This document shows, one piece after another, positions 1 to 11,700 of a stretch of DNA of 64,000 nt (positions within the stretch are counted from its first letter, which is position 1; each line of letters begins with the position of its first letter). The DNA comes from Amphiscolops sp. MND2022 (lineage: Eukaryota): assembly GCA_964187785.1 (NCBI GenBank), contig OZ076409.1, positions 24,244,001 to 24,308,000 on the forward strand, read 5' to 3'. The notes below the pieces were generated by a model. That model saw nothing but the letters and a program-made list of their open reading frames with translations. It did no database searches and was not told where the DNA came from. Made by a program: the position numbers and the translations under genes.

Positions 1-3000
1 ATTTTCCCCACCTGAAATACAACCCCAGAGCACCCGGTCTGAATCATATTTAAATCAACAACCACACTACTTTAACTCTTCGAGTTGGAAACCTCATTAC
101 CCATGGTACGAAAAACCTTTTATACCTCACGCACCCACTTTTGTACGTTCAAAAACGTCCACAGCTTCTCGAATTTTACCAAATTTATCCCTACGTCGTT
201 CCAATGCGTCACAAACACCACCACCTTTACGGATAATACCTGATTACCAGGCATACATACGTAGTCTGCCTCCGTCACACTTCCGTCTGTCAACATATTC
301 CCTGACCCACCCACTCAGAATACCGCCACTGTAACTACCATCTCTGATACTGGCTCTAGTGATCGCCGTTCACGCCCCAAACCCCGAAAGACATCGTTTT
401 TCCAGTCCAAACCTTGGAAACCGAACTGAGATTTTTTTCCATTTTGTCATTTCATTTTTCTATAATTTTTTCTGCCTTACCCCTCTTTATTATTCGGCTC
501 TCCTTGCTCTTATGCTCTGAGAATCTTTTCACCCGTGATTTGTAATTGCATACGATGCCTTGTCATTTATTACTATATGACCCTTGCCTTTACTTCTTCG
601 AAAAACGCTCTGGAACTATATATGATTTTTGACGTTTTTTGCATAATTTTCATCATTTTTGCCATTAACTTGCTTTTAGACCCTAACTTTCCTATCTCTC
701 ACGTTTGTTAGACATTCCCCATTCCAAATCCAGGATTCGTGGACTACCATTTAGGGACCTTTTCTTTGGAAAATTCCGCCAAAAATTGAGTTTTCTTGTA
801 TATCACTCCTATATAGACCCCAAAATCGATCAAAAAATCCGAATTTTGGGAATTTTGCCCCAAAATTAGTTACAAACCTAGTATTTGGCCTCAAACTTCT
901 GATCTAGCCAGAAAAAACCGAAAAAAAATGAAAAAAATAAAAAAATATTTTTTTCTTGGTAACTTTTCAGCCTCAGATAGGAAATTTTCATAATTTTTTG
1001 AAAAAATTCTGTTTTTTGCCCCCACACGCCCTTGGAACGGTATCCAAACCCTACTTCTGAATTTTCCCTCATCCGAGCTACCTTTTTACTCCTTTTGCAG
1101 CTACTTTTGCAGTAGTTTTAGCCCTTCTTGTGACCTTTTTTCTTCAAAAAACTCTTGATTTTTTGACTTTTTCATGATTATGGCAATTTTTACTTACTTT
1201 TAACTTGCGAAAGTGCTTGGTCCACATGCCCCACTTTCCGCTTCTTCCTCCCACAGTACGCTAGCAGGACTCCGAACTCTCGTAGGTGTCATAAACCTAA
1301 TATAAACCCAGTTTTGACTAGCTCACAGCATTAAAACACATGGACTCTCTATGTAAAATCGTTGTTTCATTCATTCTGGCTCCGGAAAATCGGGCAAGGG
1401 CTCGCAGTGGAAGCAAGTTCTGAACCTCTCTCTACCCTGGATGGCTTGACAGAGGAAACTCACGCCATTCCTAGTACTTTCAGGACCGTATTTGTAGCAG
1501 AACCATCCGCCCACATTCCAAATTTGCCAATAAACCAGGAGGTCCGTTTTCAACACCCAGGCTGTTGGTAGAATCTGAAACCGGGATACGTACCACCCGT
1601 CGTTCGTTTGCATTACCTTATGTTCAAGCATTTTGTACCCCACCAACCGCTGCTTCTGAGATCCTTGCAGTCACTTTCCCGCACTCCTGTGCTAGGAAAT
1701 CATTTGGTGCCATCCCCAGTGATGCTCGACAGAATTCTTTGAATTCACTTGTCTGCATCACCTTAGTAGCAACTTCCCGCAGAGTCTTGCATCATTGACT
1801 ATGAACGGTGTTCTAACGCTCTGAACAAACCTATCATTGGACATGACTTTTTTCTCCACATAGGAGATGGAATACACTGGAGAAGAAACATTCTCCACAT
1901 ACTTCGGCGAGTAGGCCAAGTGGTTCCTTTTTTCCAGGCTCTCCCAGGACCACAGGAACGCCGCCACTGAGTTTGGAACCTACGGGCTCCCACAAACAAG
2001 TGTAGTCGAACTGCTTGCACAGCTCAACTCTCCGTGCTAAAGGTACAACTTTGTACCTTTGTACTTTCCGTCCCTCCTCACTCGAGAAGTAGCATTCTTG
2101 ACAGTTTCTCAAGAACATGTAACCCTCTTAGTTTTGTATGCTTCTCAGTACTTTTTTTCACACAAAAAAAGGAAAACGGAGATAAACATATTGACACATG
2201 TAAGACAAATACTCACTCTTCTGCTACCGCCTTCAGCCCTCCCATTCCAATCGGAAATGCCCACCCGGCATTGGAGACAGCTTCCACATGCAACTGTACC
2301 CCGCGGTAGTGCTTTTTACCAATTCCACTTTCCCTCTCCTTCCAGTTCTTAACGTGCACTTTGAACAGTAAGTTGTCCAATTGCTCGGGAGTTGGAATTG
2401 GCAACCAGTCGTTCCTTCGTCCCTTGTACAATATCTTCCCAACGACCATTTCCATATTGCGGTATGGAACCTTTCTGCTCGTAAGTATCCAGCACAGTCT
2501 CATCCAATGGGTGCTCAACGGGAAATCGCGTTATTGCCTCGCGTAGAAAACGTTCCATAGTGATCTGAAACAAATAACCAAATACTTGCAGCTGTTTAGC
2601 AAGAATCTCATTGGAATAAATCCGTTTCCCACACTCAATACGTATACGAAAACAGTCCACGACCGACTGAATGCTTTTTTTTTCTTATTCGGTAGTATTT
2701 TAGCAAATCAGTAAGCCAATTTCGAAACAACACACCACTAACTAGACTCGATTCCATTACGACGACTTTTACAATTCTTGACAGCACCTTATTTTCTGTA
2801 TACTGCTTTATACAATTACACAAAACTCATGTAACATTTTGTCTTCTCTTTATTTCTTTTCTCTATGTTCTCTTTTTTGTAACTTTCTTTTTTTTCTCTT
2901 TCCGTTGACCTTTTTTTCTTTTTTCTTCTTCTTATCTGTTTTTTGTTAATCTACATCTACATAGCATAATAATGTTGTCACTGTTTTCTTTTTTTTTCTC

Positions 3001-4042
3001 CACTTTTCTTTTTTCCTTTTCTCTCGCATTTTCTTGCTCACTCTTTTCTCATTCGACCCTTTGTTTGTCGCGCTTTCATTTTCGTCTCATGTTCCGTTTT
3101 GGCTCTGTGCCCAACCGATAATTGACGTTTATCTTTTTTGACTTTCATCTTCATTTTTTCTCTCTTTACCTTTTTTCTTTCTTCCTGTTTTACTTCTTCC
3201 ATTTCTTCGTTCCGATTTTTTCCATATGCCCGACAACAGAGCACAACTGCAACCGTCCCTAGGCGACACCACAAAGACTCAAAACGACTTTCACACCGAC
3301 TGTCTCATCGGTTGACTCCAGTACATCGTCCGTAACAGATGTGCCACACTCAGGCCGAGGTTCCCTTGAGAAGAAGAGGAGGCGCCCTCCAGAGCACCAC
3401 AAAATAAAATCTTTAAACCTCTTCGAGAGACAATTCATTTTATTTTACTCTAAAATGCTCGAAAACTACTAAAGACTTGACTCATTTTGTTGATACTGTA
3501 GATGTTAAATATTTAGCTCCAAATAAGAAAACCAAAAAATATTAAGCTGTTTAAAATCTGGATGCTCACACGAAGATTTTACAAACAAATGATCGGCAAA
3601 TCAACCCGAACTTGGTCTTCAATAAATATGGTATGACAAACATCCGATGTAAATAGTATAGTTCGAAGATCAACGCCTACTGAAATCACCACCCAATTTT
3701 CGTCAATTTCATTCTTGCTATCTTTCCATTTACGGATCATACACGCCTTTAATTAGCCATAAAAAGACAATTTTTGTCTTGTTTCGTGCTAGCACCTTGA
3801 ATTCCTTTCAATTTCAAAAAGTCAAATATTGTCACGCCACGACGCTTTGAACTTCAAAATTTGTACAAAGTTCAATTGGAAGTTTCCTCTCATACTGACT
3901 CCACGAGTGGAACGTTCAACAAAAACAAAAACACAACTTCATTGAATATTGAGATTTATTGATCATACACATCAAATACAAAAACAACTCAACAAAAACA
4001 AGACATCCAGTGCAATTGACGCTGCTCCCATTGCAGCTAAAC

Positions 4043-5965
4043 ATGACTTCGGTTCACCATTTTTGCTTTCGTCTTTCGGTGTTGATCATGGTACGAGCTC
4101 AGTCTCCCATCTCCGAGTTTGACGACTCTGATGGCCCCCTAAAGAAAGCAATAATTTTCCATGAAGATCGTACAATATTGATTGCTGAGAAGTTCAATAA
4201 TGTTCAATTTCTTTTACCCTTCCTTAAATTTTCCGTCAGCATTAAAGCAGAATTGGCTAACCTCGTTCAAGTCCTACAGACTATGTGGGACATGCCTACC
4301 TATACTCGGACAGCTGCGGCATCTCTGGTATCTTTGGAACTTGCCAAGGCCAAGAAAATGCAGATGCAATAAACCGCATCTTCAGCATGACCAACTGCAT
4401 CTCGGCAAATCTCCAACATCTTGCAACTGAGTCGAACAACAAACTCTTAGTTGCTGGTAGAGAGCTCCAGACCCAGATGGCCGAACTTCAGAATGCCAAC
4501 TGGCGCGTCATCACCCAGCAGCTTGAGTCCTTTCGTCATGATATACATGAAATGCGAAATTGTGACCAGCTCCTTTTTACCAGAAAACAAATCAATTTTA
4601 ATTTATGATACGATCGCATCTTTTTCGTCATTGTTCTACTCAAACGTTAAATCGTACAGAGCTGCGTTATTCGCATACCGTGTGAACTTACTCAATAGCA
4701 TACCAGCTCTTCTTAATAATTTCATCCCAATGACACTTTTGGGTCGTGCATCATTGGAAAAGGTAATTGCAGAAGTACAAGCGATCCAGAATAAAGCCCT
4801 TGATCGCCTCACCTTTGCGATTCCGGTACATTAAGTACTTTCGTACTACGAAGCCAAGCTTCTTCAGGATGTCGTTGCTCTCCCTGAAGGACTCTTATTG
4901 ACCATGTCAATTCCTTTGGCTTCCAGCCAAACTGTAATGACCTTGTACGGAGCTATTCCAATCCCCATGCCCCAAGAAGACACATCCGGCGCAATGATTT
5001 GGGATTTGGAAGCAGAGTACCTTGCAGTTTCCGAAGACGGCCGTGAAACGGCTATTGTCTCTGGCCGAGATCTCACACGTTGCATAGGCTCCGCTACCTA
5101 CAGCATTTACCATCAACGTCTTTCTGCTGAAGGACTTTGGTCTTCTTGCCTCTCTTTACTTTTCTTTGGAAATCTAGTCGTTGCCCCCCATCTGAACGTG
5201 CAGTCAATCTCAAATATGGAATTTGGCTAATCTTATCGGCATCTTCAGATTTTGAGTTACGAGAATCCTATCTCAATGATACCACTCACTTGTCGACTAA
5301 AGTCTTCCCAGGCTGTCGGATTTGCATCCTGACTTTAGCCTGTGGCCGCCAAATCACCGGTCCCAACGTCTTCATTCGATCTGACTTGCAGACGTACTCG
5401 AAGATACCACCGATCAAAATTCATGTTGATTTACATCGCCCATTGGCCAACATTTTGACTGCTCTACGACTCAGTGAACTTCCCACATACAACACAAAGT
5501 CTTCTGCCAACTTGGATTTATTGCGTGCAATGAAAAAGGAGATTCGGTATCCCGCATGTCGCATGCCGTATGCCGAGATATATCGGCACAATCACCCGAG
5601 GCTCTCCGAACTCTGGCAGAACCGATAGTAAGGAAAATGGTGGAACTGAAAGACCCATTCCAACATCGGCTTGCTCAATGAACATGACTTGAAAAGTCCA
5701 CTCTGAAACACATCTTTAACGATCTTCCCTGTAAAGATCATAAGCCCCCCTTTTGGGATTAGGAACTCTTGTGTCGCTTATATTGCTTTCATCTTGTACA
5801 ATTTGTTGTACCTGTCTACTTTCCATTTATGGAAATAGTTGCCACAAGTTCTTCTGCAAAGTTGACTGTGTTTCAGTCAACTTCTGCCAACCAATATTTA
5901 CGCTGTTACAAAATCATATTTTGCTTTTTCGCCGCTTCTGTTTATGTACATTCCGTGTTGTATAA
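4043..5965 (+). pseudogene. env: env-like class I fusion glycoprotein, frameshifted
   Basis: Consecutive ORF pieces join into a signal-peptide-like start (MTSVHHFCFRLSVLIMVRAQ), a heptad-repeat helix (NADAINRIFSMT...LQNANWRVITQQLE), a beta/Cys-rich region (IPIPMP..WDLEAEYLAVS..C..C) and a hydrophobic TM-like segment (LGTLVSLILLSSCTIC). It sits just before PPT/LTR. Confidence 0.7.
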
Positions 5966-6575
5966 TTGTTCAACATACTTCTGCTTGCACTAACTGGATA
6001 ATGTCTTCGATCACCCTTTTGAGATGTTACTCAATACTACATAAAGTCAATTTACTTTTCGCTACAATCAACATTTTGCTCTTTTCTCCGCCTTTCAGTT
6101 TAGTCACATCATGACTTCTGTTGCTTTGGCCCCGCTTTCTAGCACTTAGGTCAATAAACACTCACGCTTTGGAATACTTCAGCACGTGTCATACGTTTAC
6201 TTTAAACCACTAATTCTTGCTTATCAACTTTTGTTGTTTGCAAACTGTCCTTTTCACATCCGCACTCAGTAAATAATATTCACCTTTCGGTGATCATGCT
6301 GGCACATTTTGTAGCTCCAGCCCTTTTTCAATTTTCATGCACTCTAACTAACATCATCAAATTCATATTTTTCTTTAAGAGGCTCCCTTTATCTTTCTCT
6401 GTCATATGTATTTTTTCCTTTTAGGGCATCTGTGTTGGCTCTGCTTGGTTCACGCTGGTAGTTTCATAATCTTCTTTCTGTTTCACGCCCCCCTTGCCAT
6501 CGTCTTTCTCACCATCATGTGTTTGCTGGCATCATCTCTCTCAACGGGACATTCCAATTCCTTGAAAGTGGGGAG

Positions 6576-6988
6576 TGTCATGACTTTGTCATGGAAACAC
6601 ACTCTAATATAACAAAATTTCGTTGAGGAGATTAGACGATCAACCAATCACGATGACTGGCCAATCACAGAAGGACACATAAAACGCAATCAACCGTGAC
6701 GAGGAATGCGGACGAGAGACAGAGAGAGACTGATAAAGAGAACAGAGAACAGCTTAACTCTGTATCAAACATTTCATCAAATAACTGATGTAACTTGAAT
6801 TATTTCTTTTCAACTAATAAAACAACTTTATCATCAATAATCTTTTTCTCTTCATACTGAGCTGAGTTATAGGAAAACCGACCCAAAGCTGAAAATCCGA
6901 AATACCTGAAATTGAAATATCTAAAAATGATTGTTGTAATAAATAGTCTTTGCCGCTCGACTAGACTCGCTGACAACGAATCATGGCA
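6576..6988 (+). repeat. 3' LTR of the env-bearing element
   Basis: Starts TGTCATGA after the PPT and ends TCATGGCA (near-perfect terminal inverted repeat). Contains CCAATCA twice and AATAAA. Confidence 0.7.
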
Positions 6989-7503
6989 CGATGGTGCCTT
7001 AGATTTCTCCGTGATTTTAGCATGATCTTAGTAAGTTATTTCTGTGACTTGAATCAAAGGCCAACTCTTATTAGCCAATACAAAAGCATAGATTTAGTCA
7101 ATTTCATTTTAAAAATCAGTCTTTCGAAGCTGAGTGGTTTTCAAATTCAAAAATAACTGTTACGTCAAAATATACAGTCATGGCATCTCAAAGGTATAAT
7201 GTGAGAAAGGTCAGGAGAGTATGCTGACGAACGACCTGATGTCGTAGAAAACAGAGTATACAAACCAATGAATGCATTCTATTTAATGATGAAGAACAAG
7301 CCCCAACTGCAATTCTGAAAAAGAGGCTTAATGTCCACTGCGGGGTCCGATGAAATCAACAAAATGGATTCTCTCAAATCAAGCAACTGATTGCATTACT
7401 CATACTTCTGAGACCCCGATTAATCTCTCTGTCGCTCTACAAAGAACTTCGTCTCATCGTGAAAAATGGAGCTTTAGACTTCGACTACAGAAAGCACACA
7501 GCT

Positions 7504-7545
<42 letters not shown>
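7504..7545. repeat. (GTT)n microsatellite
   Basis: About 13 near-perfect GTT units. Confidence 0.9.
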
Positions 7546-7546
<1 letters not shown>

Positions 7547-8651
7547 GGATTCTCAGCAATCGCCTATGTGATGTCTCCCATTGTTCTTGTCACCATCGTT
7601 GTACCATGTTCCTGCATTGTCCACAGTCGCAGACCCATAACCATGTCCACGGGTTATTTTCGTCGAACTGCTCATCAAAATGCGTCCACATTTTGCAGAA
7701 GAGTCTGTCCTTTCTGACCTTTATTGACTTTATTCGTAATTTACAATTTCTGAAAAAGAATTCACTGCGACTTCTCTCGTTCCGGGGTATCTTCATTCGA
7801 TAGCTCATGGGTTGATGTGTGCTAGAAGTCATTTTGGTATGTATGTCATTTTTGGGAACCTTCCGAGAAAACGCGAGAACTTGCCAGAAGTAAATTTACA
7901 AAATAACCAACAAACATTTTCTGGTACAGAGCAGCAGCCCTGACCAACACCCTGACAAGTTTCACAAACCAATAACTCGTCAATCTTCAGTGCACTCAAC
8001 TGAAAAACTACTGATCGACACTTTTGACTCTGCTTCGAAACGAAACTTGAAACGAATTGTGATATTGGCTTCTAGAGAATAAACTCTCCGTCTAAAACTT
8101 GCTCAAGCCTAAAGAAACGAGTTCCGCTACGAATACTATAAAAGAGATCGTTTTCTGGATTCTAAACCAAAATCCTCATGTTATTGATGATATAATGTAC
8201 ATCTATCCTTTCCACATAATTTTATTGAAACAATTCTCTTTCGAAAAGTAATCTGCGAATCCAGAAATCTTGAACTACTTTTAATCTTGTTCGGTTGAAT
8301 GAAAGGGAACTGTAGTTTTAAACTATATGTTACAGTTATTCTCGTCTTTTGCGCGGCATTGCCCAAATTCACAGAAAGTGCTCGACATACCAGTAGGCAA
8401 AAAATAACTGTCCAATTCTAATGCTCATACAACTCACGGAGAAATATCAAAGGTGAACGCTTTTGATTTCAAATTTTAATTTAATATTCAAGAATAAACT
8501 TGGTATTCCTAAGTAGAAAATTTCTTTGTATTGAAGATATGCAAGTTTTGAATTGGAATTGATTATCTAATAAAATAAAATTATTATAACAGAACGAAAA
8601 TTCTGGAAGGGTTTGCAAAATTGGGCAGAAAGAAAAAGATTACAAAGAAGA

Positions 8652-8784
8652 TCATCGTAGATTGTGCCAACGGTATATCTGTTTGCTTGGATTCTGGATG
8701 CATTCGTTCCAGTGGTTGACACAACTTCTATTGATATCGGCTTTGCTCAGTTCTAAAGATCCAATCAGATCGTTTTGTTTGTAT
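8652..8784 (-). CDS. Syt: Synaptotagmin-like last coding exon
   Basis: YKQNDLIGSLELSKADINRSCVNHWNECIQNPSKQIYRWHNLR-stop; acceptor TTTCAG; carries the C-terminal WHxL motif. Confidence 0.93.
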
Positions 8785-11700
8785 CTGAAACATAAGAAAG
8801 TCCCCAATTTGACTCTTTACAGACAGCATAACACCATTAGACCATTAAAAGAATTTTTTATGAGCATGAATAGACTTTTAAATTTTTGTCATAGGTTTAC
8901 AGTATGATCGATTAAACGTCGAAAAACGTCACTTTTATGAACAAAATTAATTCAAAAACACTGTTTGTATGTCTTGAACTTTATTCTTTTTGAGCGTTTT
9001 CCCAAAACCAGCCACTGGACAAGTGTGCTTTGTCATACGGTGATATACCGCGTCCGAATTATTCGGTTCAATGAAGTGCCAATCAAACTGAAAATGAACA
9101 TATACCAACAAACTATAAATGTTCCTCTTACTGTTTATACAGATTTATATACATATGTACACTAGATTAGTTTCGTAAGGAACCATTGTTGTTAACGTAA
9201 ATTTACGATACAGTTTGGCATCAGAGAATAGAAATCAGTACTGACATTGTTTTCTTATATCTTACCAAAGCAGAAATAGAACGTGGCGCAGTCAGCTTCC
9301 TGATTTGATTTTATCGAAACAAAGAAACAATGACACAAGAAGCAACACAAATCGAGGTGTCAAACTTCGAGGCAACAACAGACGGAAAGAAGATCTTCAC
9401 ACCGAAACAATGGCTTGAGCGATTCCGGCAATACACAAACCGGAAATACAAAATGGACATTGCGGAATTGATCCGAGGAGAAGACATGACACAAACAGAC
9501 TGGGCCACAAAAGAAAACCAACTACAAGACGATTTCATATGGGGTATCGGCCCAGAAGCTCTATACAAATGACAAGAGCAGAGTACAAGACAGAACCGGA
9601 CAAAATCGCAATTAAAAAATTAATCCGGCAATTCAACGAGTATTTCTGACCGAAGAGAAATACATATCACAACCGGGGAGAATTTTTCTGGACTAAACAA
9701 ACTGAATCCGAAACACCAGAAGACTTCTGTCGAAGACTGATAGAAATCGAAAAAGAATGCAACTTCGAAAGCATAACAGCCGAAGAACTACTCATTTCCA
9801 AATTTATGACCGCAATTACGGACAAGAAACTCCGAGACAAACTAATGAAAGAAAAGAAACCCGAGATGAAAAAAGCGATAGAAATGATCAAGCAAAACAC
9901 ATACGAGAAGAAAAACAACCAAAACACAATCCCGGAAGCACTAATATCAAACCGAGAAAAAGAGATTAAAGAAGAACCGATACAGAGAATGGACAAATTT
10001 AACACACGACCGAGAAATAAATTCAACAATAACAGACCATGCAGATTCTGCAATGCACCGAACTGGAACCAATCCCACAAATGCCCAGCATTAGATCAGA
10101 CATGCAATAATTGTGGAAAAAAGGGCCACTTCGCCCGGGCATGCAGACAAAAAGATTATCACATACGCAAAATACGGAATGTAACCGAGAACGAAGTCTC
10201 AAAAACTGATGAAGAAAGCGACGAATCAGAATCGAGTATTTATAGAATTGAAAGAATAAACAGAATCGTGGACAAAAACAAATATTTAACAACGACAGTG
10301 AAATTCAACGGAACGGAGAAAGAATTTATAATAGACACCGGATCACCAATATCGATAATGCCGGCGGACAAAACAATAGTGAAAGACACCGAAATTCAAA
10401 AAGTGAGACACCGGTACCAAGATGTAAACAAGAACGAAGTAAAACTCCGGGGAAAGATACCGGTAGACATCGAATATGAGAACAACAAACAAAAGATGCA
10501 ATCATTAATTACCGAACGAAATGACATAACACCACTACTGGGAATGGACTGGCTAAAGAAATTCAAATTAACAATCGGTAACATCCGACTGGACGATAAC
10601 AACCAATCAGAAAAGAGACTGATCGTAGAGAAATTTCCGGACTTGTTCAAGAACAATACAACCATAAAAGATGCTGAAATAAATATACAATTGAAACCGG
10701 GACATTATCCGGTAAAACAAAAAGCAAGACCGATCCCTCTTCATCTACAAGAAGCAGTCGGAAAAGAAATTGAAAAACTAACGAAATCCGGACACTTGGA
10801 AAGAGTAAAACAAGTAGATGAAGATTGTTTCGTGTCACCGGTAGTGATAACTGTGAAAAACGATAAATCGGTAAAAATAGCCCTCGATTCACGAAAACTG
10901 AATGACAGTTGCATCAAAGTCCGACCTCACATGCCGAAATGGAAGAACTGCTGAATCAAATTTCGGTGGAGATAAAAAAAGACCGAACGAAAGAACTAAT
11001 GATGTCAAAGATAGATCTTGATTATGCATACGGTCAAATGATGCTATCGGAAGAAACAAGCAGACAATGTGTATTTGCAATTACCGGGGGAAATTTCAGC
11101 GGCTACTACCGGTTTAAAAAAAGATTCTACGGATTAGCCGACATACCCACAATTTTTCAGGAAAAATTGATCGAACACTGGAATATTGTACACCCGCATG
11201 GTTAGACGATATTATAGTAGTAACACGGGGAGACCGAAAAAATCATGAAAAGAAACTGTTCGATGTACTGAAGAAATTGGAAAACGCCGGTTATAGAGCA
11301 AGTGAGAAGAAATCCGAATTCTTTCAAAACAAAATGAAATGGCTCGGACATGAAATAGACAAAGAAGGATTAAAACCAATCAAAGAAAAAGTTAAAGCCA
11401 TACTGGATCTGAATCACCCGGAAAACCCGAAGAAATTAAAATCGTTTCTCGGGGCAATACAGTATCTGGCGAAATTCCTACCGAGACTGTCAGAAAGAAC
11501 CAACAAACTACGAAAATTACTGAAGAAAAATACAGAATGGAAATGGGAAACGGAACAACAAAATGATTTTGAAATGATCAAGAAAATGCTCACCGAAGAA
11601 CCGGCATTAGCACACTACGCAAAAGACAAAGACAACATTGTATCAACCGACGCAAGCAAAACCGGTCTCGGAATAACATTATGGCAAAAGCAAGCAGATG

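Larger units (their letters stand above)
1..6988 (+). mobile_element. 3' part of a degenerate env-bearing LTR retrotransposon (probable pol tail, long spacer, env-like gene, PPT, 3' LTR)
   Basis: S/T/P-rich frame ending RRSRPKPRKT near 370-400 resembles a pol C-terminal tail. Disrupted env-like gene at 4043-5965. Purine tract GAAAGTGGGGAG (6564-6575) directly precedes TGTCATGA. The 5' end lies outside the window. Confidence 0.7.

Noticed and set aside
6989..7010. TGGTGCC after the LTR as a PBS of a tandem second element
   Set aside because: Match is too short and no recognisable gag follows.
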